A stretch of 32,000 nucleotides of DNA from an uncultured Opitutales bacterium (GCA_934691225.1 CAKUSQ010000001.1:30001-62000), one strand, 5' to 3'. Positions 1-9,764 are shown, counted from the first letter of the stretch. A program made the numbers and translations. The notes: generated from the sequence alone by a model not told the origin.

Positions 1-934
1 AGATTAAACGTTTATCGACTTCTGGGAACGGTTGCGGAAAGTCAAATTGCACGCGATAATCTTCCTTAACAAACGTTGGAATCTCCATACGTTCTAACAT
101 TTTCACACGACATTGCGCCTGTTTTGCTTTGGTTGCTTTAGCCCCAAATCTATCTACAAATGATTGTAAATGATCTCTCAATTTTTCTTGATTTTCAATG
201 GTTTTTAGCAACGCTTTTTCTTGAATATCGCGTGTAGAAACATAGGTGTCATAATTTCCCTTAAATAAGTGCAACTTTCCATGGTAAATGCTCACGATAT
301 GATCACAAACCGTATTCAAAAAATGTTTTTCATGCGAAATAATAAGTACTGTTTTTCGAAGTCCAACAATATAATTTTCTAACCATATAGAAGTTTTCAA
401 ATCAAGGTGATTCGTTGGTTCATCCAATAATAAATATTCTGATGGTGCAAATAATGCAGCGGCTAAAGAAGCTCGTATCCGCCATCCTCCAGAAAATTCA
501 CTTAAAGGTCGTTCAAAATCTTTCTGGGAAAAACCAAGTCCTGACAAAATACTTGCTGCACGTGCAACAGCAGTCGGACCCCCTTTAGCATTATATAACG
601 CATAAATTTCCGACATATCTACATTTTCATCCAAACTATTTTCAATTTTGTTCTTTAAATGCATTAATTCGTAATCTGCACTTAAAACAAAATCCAATAA
701 TCGCGTCTGAACTTCTTTTATTTCTTGCTGCACATGAACCCATCTTGCACCTGATTTATAGAGAATATTACCTGCATCAGGTTCTAACATCTTTAATATT
801 AATCGAAACAAAGTTGTTTTTCCACAACCATTAGGACCTACCAAACCAATTTTCCCTTCAGGAATTACAAGCGATGCCTGATCAAATAATACGCGCGCTC
901 CTATACGATAGGTTAAGTTTTGAATTTCGATCAT
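1..934 (-). CDS. ABC-F family ATP-binding protein (Uup/YheS/EttA-like), 5' part only; continues beyond position 1
   Basis: Absent from the ORF track because it runs off the window edge. The reverse strand from ATG at 934 reads without stops: MIEIQNLTYRIGARVLFDQASLVIPEGKIGLVGPNGCGKTTLFRLIL (Walker A), FSGGWRIRASLAAALFAPSEYLLLDEPTNHLD (signature + Walker B), then an ABC-F style linker LQSFVDRFGAKATKAKQAQCRVKMLERM. The second ABC domain would lie off-window. Confidence 0.85.
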   Translation of the reverse strand, partial: MIEIQNLTYRIGARVLFDQASLVIPEGKIGLVGPNGCGKTTLFRLILKMLEPDAGNILYKSGARWVHVQQEIKEVQTRLLDFVLSADYELMHLKNKIENSLDENVDMSEIYALYNAKGGPTAVARAASILSGLGFSQKDFERPLSEFSGGWRIRASLAAALFAPSEYLLLDEPTNHLDLKTSIWLENYIVGLRKTVLIISHEKHFLNTVCDHIVSIYHGKLHLFKGNYDTYVSTRDIQEKALLKTIENQEKLRDHLQSFVDRFGAKATKAKQAQCRVKMLERMEIPTFVKEDYRVQFDFPQPFPEVDKRLI

Positions 935-1012
935 AACCTTTATAAAAACAAAGGTTTAATTTTTTACAAGAGAAAATCGTAATTAGAACAAATTTAAAAA
1001 ATTTGTAAATTA

Positions 1013-1783
1013 TTAACTGTAATATCTAATAACCAAACGTTCAACAGGAGCAAACAAAAGATATTCTATGCTCCATCCTAATAAAACTAAAATAAATATA
1101 GTACCCACAACTTGATCCATAGCTTGCATTTCACGACCATAATGAAGCAACTGACCTAAACCAAGTCCACCGATTACACTGATATAAATTTCTGCTGAAA
1201 GTAAAGATCGCCATGCAAATGCCCAACATTGCCGCATTGCACTCATGGTTAATGGAAATGCCGCTGGTATGATCACCGTTCTCCATAAGGTAATACCTCT
1301 TGAGCCCATAGTACGAGCAGCTTTAATAAAAACGCGAGGAACCAATTGAATGCTTTTGGATGTACTTATAATCAATCCCCAAATGGACCCCATACAAATT
1401 ACAAAAATAATCGCTATATCCGTTTGTCCAAACCACAACAAAGCCAAGGGTACCCAACAAACACTTGGCAATGTTTGCAAACCCAAAGCAATTTTCCCAA
1501 TAGTGCATCCCAGCTGCCTAATAACGTAACACAATACACCTAATAAAATGCCTATAAAAACGCTCAATACATAACCTATAATAAGACGTTTCATACTGAT
1601 TCCTATTGCATGCCACAATGTGCAATCTTTAAAAAAACCATTGTAAAAAAACGAAACTATTTGGGTAGGACTTGGGAAAAAGAGATCAGAATACCAACCT
1701 AAATCAAAAGAAATTTGCCAAAAACATACTAAACAAACCCCATAAAATATAGAAGATTGCGTGACTTTCCTAAAGAAATTCAT
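1013..1783 (-). CDS. ABC transporter permease, NitT/TauT (TauC/SsuC-like) family
   Basis: 256-aa polytopic membrane protein with a BPD-type permease loop (AARTMGSRGITLWRTVIIPAAFP). Its start overlaps the upstream ATPase stop by 4 nt. Confidence 0.75.
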   Translation of the reverse strand: MNFFRKVTQSSIFYGVCLVCFWQISFDLGWYSDLFFPSPTQIVSFFYNGFFKDCTLWHAIGISMKRLIIGYVLSVFIGILLGVLCYVIRQLGCTIGKIALGLQTLPSVCWVPLALLWFGQTDIAIIFVICMGSIWGLIISTSKSIQLVPRVFIKAARTMGSRGITLWRTVIIPAAFPLTMSAMRQCWAFAWRSLLSAEIYISVIGGLGLGQLLHYGREMQAMDQVVGTIFILVLLGWSIEYLLFAPVERLVIRYYS

Positions 1784-2562
1784 AGTAAAACACTTTCCTG
1801 ACGAAATATGGAAACAATCTCATTTGATAATGCAGAAACTTCTGGAGCATGAACATATCTAGGGAAAGGTAAATGTACATCAACTTCTTTAAGAATATGC
1901 CCAGGAGATGCTGAAAATACAATAACTTTTTGAGATAAAGTAACCGCTTCACGCACATTGTGTGTAACTAACAAAACTGTTTTTTTACTTTTTAACCAAA
2001 TCCTTTGAAAATCATCATAAATATGTTCACATGTCAATGTATCTAAAGCACTAAAGGGCTCATCCATGAGCAACATTTGTGGATTGGGAGCCAAAGCTCT
2101 TGCTAAAGCAACGCGTTGTTTCATGCCTCCTGATAATTGATAAACACGAGCATCCGCATAAGCTTTTAACCCCACCATATCTAAATAATACAACGCAACA
2201 TCTCTACATTCTTTTTTGTTTAAGTTCTTCTTAAAACGAAGACCATACATCACATTTTCAATAACACTGTACCACGGAAATAAAGCAGCCTCTTGAAACA
2301 TCATCATTCGATGTCGCTCGGGTTGATTTAAATGACTTTCATCTACTTCTATTTGCCCTTGTTCGCACGTTTCCAAACCAGCAACCATGCTCAATAACGT
2401 TGATTTACCACATCCGCTTGGACCAAGGATAGAAATAAATTCTCCTTTGTGAACAAGTAAAGAAACATCCCTCAATACTTGATTTGAATGACCACAGGCA
2501 ACAAAAAATTTGCTTACATTTTTTATCGCAATATTAACTGTTCGGCTAACTTCTATCCTCAC
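1780..2562 (-). CDS. ABC transporter ATP-binding protein, NitT/TauT (TauB/SsuB-like) family
   Basis: Walker A GPSGCGKST, signature LSGGMKQRVALARAL, Walker B LLMDEPFSALD. GTG start at 2562. Translationally coupled to the permease. Confidence 0.85.
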   Translation of the reverse strand: MRIEVSRTVNIAIKNVSKFFVACGHSNQVLRDVSLLVHKGEFISILGPSGCGKSTLLSMVAGLETCEQGQIEVDESHLNQPERHRMMMFQEAALFPWYSVIENVMYGLRFKKNLNKKECRDVALYYLDMVGLKAYADARVYQLSGGMKQRVALARALAPNPQMLLMDEPFSALDTLTCEHIYDDFQRIWLKSKKTVLLVTHNVREAVTLSQKVIVFSASPGHILKEVDVHLPFPRYVHAPEVSALSNEIVSIFRQESVLL

Positions 2563-2690
2563 GTCACTAAATTAGATTTCATCACAACCAAAGTAAAGTA
2601 AAAAAGTAGGACATTTTAATTTTAAAAAAACATTAAAAACAAGATTGACGTAACGCATTTTTTAGTTTTTTGTAATTAATGTATTCGTTT

Positions 2691-2766
<76 letters not shown>

Positions 2767-2839
2767 TAATACAACCCAATAGTACAGGACGTTTTTTCAA
2801 TATTGAGTTGTAGTTAATGTAATATCAAATGGATTCTGT

Positions 2840-3325
2840 TTATTTTTGAATGGATTTTATGGTTTTGCTTGTACTCCACCCTTCTAAAAAAGGTAAAAAA
2901 ACAATCTTTGTACCACAAGCATCCAACACTTGCTTTTCGTCTTTGTTTAACGTATCTAATGTGTAATCTCCAGATTTAACGTACACATCAGGACGTATTA
3001 ATGCCATTTCTCTCGATAAATTGGTACCGTCAAATAAAAAAATGCCATGTACACACTCTAAAGCGTTTAATAAATAGAGTCGTGCATTCTCTGGGTATAT
3101 AGGTCGCGCAGGTCCTTTTAATTGACGAACACTTTTATCAGAATTAAGCCCAACCCAAAGAATATCTCCTTGCGAAGCTGCTTGTTGCAATGAATACACA
3201 TGTCCAGCATGCAACAGATCAAAACAACCATTGGTTAAAACCAAACGTTTACCTTCCAAGCGTAATTGTTCGCGCTGTAAGGCTAAATTTTCAAAAAGAA
3301 CTTTTTTTCGTGAAAACAGCATCAT
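2840..3325 (-). CDS. Stand-alone cytidylyltransferase-fold adenylyltransferase, RfaE/HldE domain II-like (D-glycero-beta-D-manno-heptose-1-phosphate adenylyltransferase type)
   Basis: 161 aa. Motifs LTNGCFDLLHAGHV, VGLNSDKSVRQLKGPARP, PDVYVKSGDY and WSTSKTI match the RfaE domain II pattern. No kinase (domain I) is attached. Confidence 0.75.
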   Translation of the reverse strand: MMLFSRKKVLFENLALQREQLRLEGKRLVLTNGCFDLLHAGHVYSLQQAASQGDILWVGLNSDKSVRQLKGPARPIYPENARLYLLNALECVHGIFLFDGTNLSREMALIRPDVYVKSGDYTLDTLNKDEKQVLDACGTKIVFLPFLEGWSTSKTIKSIQK

Positions 3326-4947
3326 TTTCCTAACGCAATTCGATAGGCTTCTAAGTATTTTTGCCGAAATTCTTGCGTAAGCTTTGTCTCTAAATTAATT
3401 TTCACCAAAGGATTTTTTGATTTTAACATCGGCGTTAAAGTTTCAAATACCCAATCGTATGTAATGTTGTCCAACGATTCCAATACTGCTAATGCCTTCT
3501 TGGCTCGCGCATCATAGCCTGCATTTTGAGCATCAATAATAGCTTTCCATGCTTTTGAAAGTTCGGTAAATGGATCCATAAATAACACTTTAGACAACAT
3601 GCGAATAGCTCCAAAAGCAGGTGCTGTCCATTGAGGCTGATAAGGAAAACCATCCACATCTTCAAAAGGATTCATATCTGGACTTGAAACATAGGGTTTT
3701 TTAGATTCCACATAAAAATCTTTTCGAAGCGGCGTTCTATGCAATGCATAATACTGCGGTCCACCAGGCACACCTGTTTTGAAACCAATACGATCTTGTC
3801 CTTTTTCGGAAATGACATATTCAATAAAAGCTTTGGCCAATTCTGGATTAGGTGCTCCTCTAAATACACCTATCGGATCTGGAGAAATACACGATCCTCC
3901 TTTAGGCAAAACAAAACGCAAACGATCACTACCACCCCGCGCTTCATTAACAGCTCTCTGATGACGACCATAAAAATCTACAACAATGCCAACGGCACAA
4001 TTCCCCATAGAAACATCCCAAACCGTCGTTACAGAATTATCTGTAAAATAACGAGAATTAGCCATAATCTTTTGAATCATCTTTAATCCTCGCATCCACC
4101 CTTCATTCAAAACATAATGCAATTGTTCTTGCGTAAGATCATTCTCTTGGGAAGTAGACAAAATCTCTGAACGAATTAATTTCATTTGTTGCTGCAGCAT
4201 CATTTCTAAACATTTAATAACAATACTGCTTTGCATAGGATCCACCATGGCGATCTGACGATAAAGCTTAGGGGATGTCAAATCATTCCATTGAACAGGA
4301 TCCTGTTCCAATTGAAGATCAGATACACGATCTGTATTGTACATAATTCCAAAACTTGACAACGATGTACCTATCCATGTACCCTTAGGATCCCACAAAA
4401 TATCCCCACCTAAATGCAATGGAATACATGCATCAGAAAATATTTCTGGATGCTCTTGAACAACCCCAGAATTCACCAACTGCCCCATCTCGGCTTCCTT
4501 TTTGTGTTCAATCACACCACCACCGAAAAAAACATCAATTCCACAACCTACATTGGATGCCAAAAATATTTCCCTTGTTTCTCGATCACTGTCACTTTGA
4601 GGGGCTTTATTTACAAAACTTTCTTGAATTTCTTGCGTCCATTTCCGCTTTAATACTTTTGTCCAGTAAACTCTAAAAGCATTTACGTACATAGCATTAA
4701 TATAACGAATAATGTCTCCTGTACTTCCAGGCACACGCCAATCAATTGAAACGGTCCGACCTGTTTTATTAAAATACCATTCACGAAATCCTAAATCCAT
4801 TTCTATACGAATAGCTTCGTTATGCGGTGTTATAACCACTAAAGTATCATCAGTACGTGTAGAAAAAGATAAATTATTACGCTTAAATGCTAATGGCAGA
4901 CCAATTACAATGGCAATCGATCCCAAGATATAAATATACTTTTTCAT
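3322..4947 (-). CDS. ABC transporter substrate-binding protein (family 1, Fe3+/polyamine-type fold), N-terminal membrane anchor or signal
   Basis: 541 aa. N-terminal hydrophobic segment MKKYIYILGSIAIVIGLPLAF, then VVITPHNEAIRIEMDLGFREWYFNKTGRTVSIDW, typical of the first lobe of FbpA/PotD-like binding proteins. It has 4-nt overlaps with both neighbours. It is larger than typical family members. Confidence 0.6.
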   Translation of the reverse strand: MKKYIYILGSIAIVIGLPLAFKRNNLSFSTRTDDTLVVITPHNEAIRIEMDLGFREWYFNKTGRTVSIDWRVPGSTGDIIRYINAMYVNAFRVYWTKVLKRKWTQEIQESFVNKAPQSDSDRETREIFLASNVGCGIDVFFGGGVIEHKKEAEMGQLVNSGVVQEHPEIFSDACIPLHLGGDILWDPKGTWIGTSLSSFGIMYNTDRVSDLQLEQDPVQWNDLTSPKLYRQIAMVDPMQSSIVIKCLEMMLQQQMKLIRSEILSTSQENDLTQEQLHYVLNEGWMRGLKMIQKIMANSRYFTDNSVTTVWDVSMGNCAVGIVVDFYGRHQRAVNEARGGSDRLRFVLPKGGSCISPDPIGVFRGAPNPELAKAFIEYVISEKGQDRIGFKTGVPGGPQYYALHRTPLRKDFYVESKKPYVSSPDMNPFEDVDGFPYQPQWTAPAFGAIRMLSKVLFMDPFTELSKAWKAIIDAQNAGYDARAKKALAVLESLDNITYDWVFETLTPMLKSKNPLVKINLETKLTQEFRQKYLEAYRIALGK

Positions 4948-6038
4948 AGATGGCTTAATGGCAAAACAACAACATCCTCTGTAACAACATTGGCAAAAAG
5001 TCCTCGCTGCAAACTATGTTCAATGTGCCGAGGATTTAATTCAGAAATCTGCAATGTTACTCCATTTTTTATAAAATCATAATGAGCTACTTCACCATAA
5101 TAAGTTGTTTGTCCAATCATACCATCGGTTGAATTTTCTGATAAACCATACGGCTTTAAACGCAAGGCTTCCGGACGTATCGACAACATTACGTTTTCCC
5201 CTGTTTGTGGAACAGGTGCATCCAAATGCCATAAACCACGATAATCTCCTATAGCGGTCTTCACATATACTTCTCGTTCTTGCGCTGAAACTACAGCCCC
5301 TGGAATAAAATTTGTTTCTCCTAAAAAATGAGCAACAAACGCATTATGAGGTGTTTTGTAAACCTCTAATGGATTTCCAATCTGCTCTACATGTCCTTTG
5401 GAGAAAATAGCAATTCGATCAGCGATGGATAAAGCCTCTGTTTGATCGTGAGTTACATAGATCGTTGTTAATTGAAACTCTTTACAAATACGACGAATTT
5501 CCGTACGCATTTCAACCCGTAATTTAGCATCTAAATTTGAAAGCGGCTCATCCAAAAGCAAACACTTAGGACGAATCGCTAATGCACGTGCTAAGGCAAC
5601 ACGTTGCTGTTGACCTCCTGACAACTCATTGGGCTTACGATCTGCATACATTTCCATACGCACTGAAACTAAAGCTTCTTCGACCTTTTCTTTTATTTCC
5701 TTTGAAGGTAATTTTTTCTGCTGAAGTCCGAATGCAACATTTTGCGCAACTGTCATATGAGGCCACAAAGCGTAACTTTGAAACACCATACCTGTTTTTC
5801 GTTTATGCGGCGGTAACTTCGATACCTCTTTATCACCGAAAAATATATTTCCTGCATCGGGCTGATAAAAACCTGCAAGCAAACGCAATAATGTCGTTTT
5901 ACCGCAACCACTAGGCCCCAAAAGGAAAAATAATTCACCTGAATTAATGTGAAGATTAATTTTATCCAACGCTGTCACGTTGCCAAAATTTTTAACAATA
6001 TTTTCGATGCGAATATCGATCATTTGATTCTTAAACAT
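4944..6038 (-). CDS. ABC importer ATP-binding protein (PotA/FbpC/MalK type, with C-terminal TOBE-like regulatory domain)
   Basis: 364 aa. Walker A GPSGCGKTT, Q-loop VFQSYALWPHMTV, signature LSGGQQQRVALARAL, Walker B LLLDEPLSNLD, H-loop YVTHDQ, and a roughly 120-aa C-terminal extension. Confidence 0.85.
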   Translation of the reverse strand: MFKNQMIDIRIENIVKNFGNVTALDKINLHINSGELFFLLGPSGCGKTTLLRLLAGFYQPDAGNIFFGDKEVSKLPPHKRKTGMVFQSYALWPHMTVAQNVAFGLQQKKLPSKEIKEKVEEALVSVRMEMYADRKPNELSGGQQQRVALARALAIRPKCLLLDEPLSNLDAKLRVEMRTEIRRICKEFQLTTIYVTHDQTEALSIADRIAIFSKGHVEQIGNPLEVYKTPHNAFVAHFLGETNFIPGAVVSAQEREVYVKTAIGDYRGLWHLDAPVPQTGENVMLSIRPEALRLKPYGLSENSTDGMIGQTTYYGEVAHYDFIKNGVTLQISELNPRHIEHSLQRGLFANVVTEDVVVLPLSHL

Positions 6039-6154
6039 CTTTTACTTATGCATAGAAGTCAAATATATTTTTTGAGTTTATAAAAAATTCTTTTTGCAGG
6101 TATGTATTTTAAATTTTAGTTGCAAGTTTTTGAATTTTGATGTGAAATTACTGA

Positions 6155-7048
6155 ATGGATCGAAGTTGCCTCTGTATTTTTCTATCAATTTTATGCGGAT
6201 GTGGGACTTCTCAAAATTCAAATAATTTAACTAAAATCATTGAACATGCGCGCGAAGACTGCTCGCAAGGCAATTATACTAACGCCATCCAAACTTTACA
6301 AAAACATTTAAATTACGAAAATCTAGATTTATTAGAAACATTAGCCTTTGCGTATGAATCGCGCAAAAATTTCGCGCTAGCCGCGCAAACGTTTGAACAA
6401 CTTGCACATTTGGATATCAAGAACACTTACCCAGAAAGTTCATTTTACGCAGCTCAAATCTACGAACAAATCGATAATTTTTACTCAGCCGCACGCTGTT
6501 ATCGATTGTATCTCGAACGATTTCCAAAAGACCATTGTATTTGGTTTGCTTTATCTCATGCTGAAGAAAAATTAAACCACACTTCCGCTGCACTTTCAGC
6601 CTATCTAAATGGCCTTCAATGCATGGATTCTTACGCATCTGAAGAAATCAAACACCTGGCCAAACTTTGCTATCAGAATGAACTATACGACATGGCTGAG
6701 TTTTGGGCTCAAAAATCACTGGAACAAGATCCACATAACTTATTTATACTTGAATTGCTTTTAAATATAGCAGATCAACATAATGATTCAAAAAAAGTAA
6801 ATCAGTACCTCTCTATACTTGATACTTTACAATGCAATACAAGGGATTTGAGTTATTTTAGAGAAAAATATAAAACACTGCCAGAAAATAACCATAAAAC
6901 TGAATCAAAAACCATAAGTTCATCCCCACAAAACATCGAACATACTTTAAATATTTTTAATTTAACACGTAATACGTCCTTTATTTCCATAAAACTTACG
7001 ACTTATGTCCACTCTATATTTATTAGCTGGCCCCACCGCTTCTGGTAA
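6155..7048 (+). CDS. TPR-repeat protein, probable lipoprotein
   Basis: N-terminus MDRSCLCIFLSILCGCGTS is a short signal with a lipobox-like LCGC. The body has repeated TPR-like helices (YTNAIQTLQKHL, FALAAQTFEQLAHLD, YSAARCYRLYLERFP, YDMAEFWAQKSLEQDP). The last 44 nt overlap miaA. Confidence 0.6.
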   Translation: MDRSCLCIFLSILCGCGTSQNSNNLTKIIEHAREDCSQGNYTNAIQTLQKHLNYENLDLLETLAFAYESRKNFALAAQTFEQLAHLDIKNTYPESSFYAAQIYEQIDNFYSAARCYRLYLERFPKDHCIWFALSHAEEKLNHTSAALSAYLNGLQCMDSYASEEIKHLAKLCYQNELYDMAEFWAQKSLEQDPHNLFILELLLNIADQHNDSKKVNQYLSILDTLQCNTRDLSYFREKYKTLPENNHKTESKTISSSPQNIEHTLNIFNLTRNTSFISIKLTTYVHSIFISWPHRFW

Positions 7049-7895
7049 AACAGAACTCGCTATCCGTTTTGCATTGAATAACAACTGCGAAATTCTTTCC
7101 TGCGATGCTTCTTCATTCTATCGTGGCATGGATATTGGTACAGCCAAACCTACCTCTTATGAACAAAGTAAAGTAAAACATTGGGGTATAGATATCGTCA
7201 ATCCATCCGACTATTTTTCAATAAAAAACTACATTGATTATGCTAAAATTTGCATCAACTCAATTGTTCAAAGGCATAAAAACATTTTAGTTGTTGGAGG
7301 ATCTGGTTTTTACCTTAAAAGTTTTTTGCAACCTATGCTTGATAATTTACTCCCTAATACGGAAGTTACAAAACACATTAATGAAATTGAACATCAAGGT
7401 GGCATTGTTGCATTGCAACAAGCTTTGACAAAAATAAATCCAGACCTTCCTCAAAATTTTGATTTAAAAAATCTGCGCAAAGTTAAAAAAGCCCTAGAAC
7501 GCTGTTTAATCACGGGACGTTCAATTCGACAACTACAAACACAATTCAATCACCAAACAGAGCCATTCCCCTATTTAAATAAACAAACTTACTTATTACA
7601 ATGCCCACTTGAAATTTTAAAATTGCGCATCCGACTTAGAACTTATGCAATGATAAAACAAGGCCTTATCGATGAAGTTAAAAGTTTACTTGATAAAAAG
7701 CAACTTCTACCTAACTCACCTGCTTCGCTTGCCATTGGTTATCGAGAAACAATTGCATTTATCCAACAACCAACATCAATTGACCAATTGGCAGCTCACA
7801 TTATCCAAAACACCTATGAACTTGTTAAAAAACAAACAACATGGTTTCGGCATCAAATAAAATTTGACCACTACATTTATGTTAACTGTTTTTGA
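7005..7895 (+). CDS. miaA: tRNA dimethylallyltransferase
   Basis: P-loop LLAGPTASGKTELAI, then ILSCDASSFYRGMDIGTAKP, VGGSGFYLKSF and LAIGYRE, characteristic MiaA motifs. 296 aa. TGA stop. Confidence 0.9.
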   Translation: MSTLYLLAGPTASGKTELAIRFALNNNCEILSCDASSFYRGMDIGTAKPTSYEQSKVKHWGIDIVNPSDYFSIKNYIDYAKICINSIVQRHKNILVVGGSGFYLKSFLQPMLDNLLPNTEVTKHINEIEHQGGIVALQQALTKINPDLPQNFDLKNLRKVKKALERCLITGRSIRQLQTQFNHQTEPFPYLNKQTYLLQCPLEILKLRIRLRTYAMIKQGLIDEVKSLLDKKQLLPNSPASLAIGYRETIAFIQQPTSIDQLAAHIIQNTYELVKKQTTWFRHQIKFDHYIYVNCF

Positions 7896-9720
7896 AATTC
7901 GGTATCAATTCACGAATAAAATCAATGCTTCCTTCATTGGTTGTTAAATGTTCAGCTTCCGCTAAATAATCAGTAACCGGTCGCATATGCTTTAAGTAAG
8001 CTTGATCATCCTTAAACACACCTATCATTTTGTGCTCCGTAGGCAAAATTTGCTGTGGATCAAAAACCAAATCTTCGTGCAATTTTTCTCCCGGACGAAT
8101 ACCTGTATAGACAATCTCAACATCAATACCCACACGTAAATTATTTAATTCTATCATACGCTTAGCAACATCCAGAATTTTAACCGGCTTCCCCATATCC
8201 AAAACAAACGTTTTACCAGCAACATTATCGAAACTAAAAGCTTCTAAAATTAAACTTACCGCTTCAGGAATAGTCATAAAAAAACGTGTCATTTGCGGAT
8301 GTGTAACTGTAACAGGTCCTCCTCGAGCAATCTGTTCACGAAATGTCGGTAATACGCTTCCTGCAGACCCTAAAACATTACCGAAACGAACAGCCATAAA
8401 TTGCGTTTGATTTCCTGGTCGATGCTGCATAGCCATGCATAACATCTCACATATCCGTTTTGTAGCTCCCATATTATTAACAGGGTTAATGGCTTTATCG
8501 GTTGAAATCAAAACAAACTTTTTTACCCCAATTTCACTTGCGTATTGGGCCAACCAACCGGTGCTCAAAACATTATTTTTAACAGCAATTAAAGGCTGAC
8601 TTTCCAACAAAGGAACATGCTTGTATGCAGCTGCATGGAAAATCACATCCGGGCGATATTTATCTAAAACCGACTTAAGTACTTCTGCATTTGCTGCATT
8701 TAACAAAACAGGAACACAACTCAATCCCAAAGACAATAAAGATTGCTCTATTTTGAATAAATTGTATTCTGAATGATCGATTAATATAAGTTGCTGCGGA
8801 TTTTTCTGAGCAATTTGAAGCGATAATTCACTTCCAATGGAACCTCCAGCTCCTGTAACACAAACGACTTTGCCTTCAATCGCTTTTACACTTTCTTCTA
8901 GATTTAAATGAATAGGTTCACGTTCTAAAAAATCTTCAACATCTAACGGTCTTAAACGACTAGCAAATGCACGTCCTTCTAAAAAATCACCCAAAGACGG
9001 AATTATCAACGTTTTTAAATCCAGTGACTTTGCTAATTCAACTAACTCCAATAGCCGTTTCTGTGGTAAAACACTACGAATAAAAATCACACCATTTATG
9101 CTCTTTTTATAAGCTAAATCTCTTAAAAGCTCAGGTGTCCCTAAAACAGGCACATTGTGCATTCTTCTCCCAAAATACTTTGGATTATCATCCAAAATGG
9201 CTACAGGAATTACACCATATACTCGCTTTGATTTAACCTCAGAAACAATTTGTGAACAGTATTCATCCGTTCCAATAATAGCAACTTTTAAAGAATTAGG
9301 CAATACTCCCTCATGTTTTACTTCAATTCGGCCGTTAATAATACGAAGACTTGTTCTAAAAAATAAAATAAATAAAATAGAGAACAATAAATCTGATAAA
9401 ATAATCTCGCGCGATGGCAACCAAATAGAATTTACACATAACCTCAACCCTAGTAAGGTAAAGGAAAATGCTGTAAAACATGTTACAATTTTTACAAGGT
9501 CTGGAAGACGAAAATATGAAAAAATTCCTTTAAACTCTCCTAAAAGAATCAATATAATTATTTTTACTGAAACAAGCCAAATAACATTGCACCACAGAAC
9601 CTTTTGCAAATCCTCTGGAACAACAAAAGCAAACTTTAAGTTATAAGCTAAGATCAAACTAGCTGCTAAACATAAAGCATAAGTACCTACTTTAAAAAAA
9701 AGCCCAAATAATTTTTTCAT
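7882..9720 (-). CDS. Membrane-anchored polysaccharide biosynthesis protein, CapD/WbpM/PglF family (NDP-sugar 4,6-dehydratase/epimerase)
   Basis: 612 aa. About four N-terminal TM helices, then Rossmann motif VTGAGGSIGSEL, catalytic-region STDKAINPVNNMGATKR, and FGNVLGSAGSV. This is the typical architecture of the family. Confidence 0.85.
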   Translation of the reverse strand: MKKLFGLFFKVGTYALCLAASLILAYNLKFAFVVPEDLQKVLWCNVIWLVSVKIIILILLGEFKGIFSYFRLPDLVKIVTCFTAFSFTLLGLRLCVNSIWLPSREIILSDLLFSILFILFFRTSLRIINGRIEVKHEGVLPNSLKVAIIGTDEYCSQIVSEVKSKRVYGVIPVAILDDNPKYFGRRMHNVPVLGTPELLRDLAYKKSINGVIFIRSVLPQKRLLELVELAKSLDLKTLIIPSLGDFLEGRAFASRLRPLDVEDFLEREPIHLNLEESVKAIEGKVVCVTGAGGSIGSELSLQIAQKNPQQLILIDHSEYNLFKIEQSLLSLGLSCVPVLLNAANAEVLKSVLDKYRPDVIFHAAAYKHVPLLESQPLIAVKNNVLSTGWLAQYASEIGVKKFVLISTDKAINPVNNMGATKRICEMLCMAMQHRPGNQTQFMAVRFGNVLGSAGSVLPTFREQIARGGPVTVTHPQMTRFFMTIPEAVSLILEAFSFDNVAGKTFVLDMGKPVKILDVAKRMIELNNLRVGIDVEIVYTGIRPGEKLHEDLVFDPQQILPTEHKMIGVFKDDQAYLKHMRPVTDYLAEAEHLTTNEGSIDFIRELIPNFKNS

Positions 9721-9751
9721 ATAAAAAAGGCCCTACCCACTTGTAGGACCT
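9721..9751 (-). terminator. Intrinsic terminator-like hairpin plus T-tract downstream of rpsA
   Basis: The minus strand reads AGGTCCTAC-AAGTGG-GTAGGGCCT (9-bp stem with one G-U, 6-nt loop) followed by TTTTTAT. It lies 13 nt after the rpsA stop, and the T-tract ends 2 nt before the ATG of the next gene. Confidence 0.6.
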
Positions 9752-9764
9752 ATTGACGAAACAT

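Noticed and set aside
3739-4086. 115-aa antisense ORF, and similar ones at 9990-10331 and 11592-11948
   Set aside because: All are embedded antisense in CDSs with clear family signatures (binding protein, S1, lipase-like) and have no features of their own.
6121-6149. Sigma70-like hexamers TTGCAA-17 nt-TGAAAT upstream of the TPR lipoprotein gene
   Set aside because: The -10 element ends only 5 nt before the ATG at 6155, which would require a leaderless transcript. With such AT-rich sequence the match is not distinctive enough to call.
9155-9646. 163-aa ORF on the + strand
   Set aside because: It lies entirely inside, and antisense to, the well-supported CapD/WbpM-like CDS. The translation is low-complexity with no motif, so it is most likely a shadow ORF.
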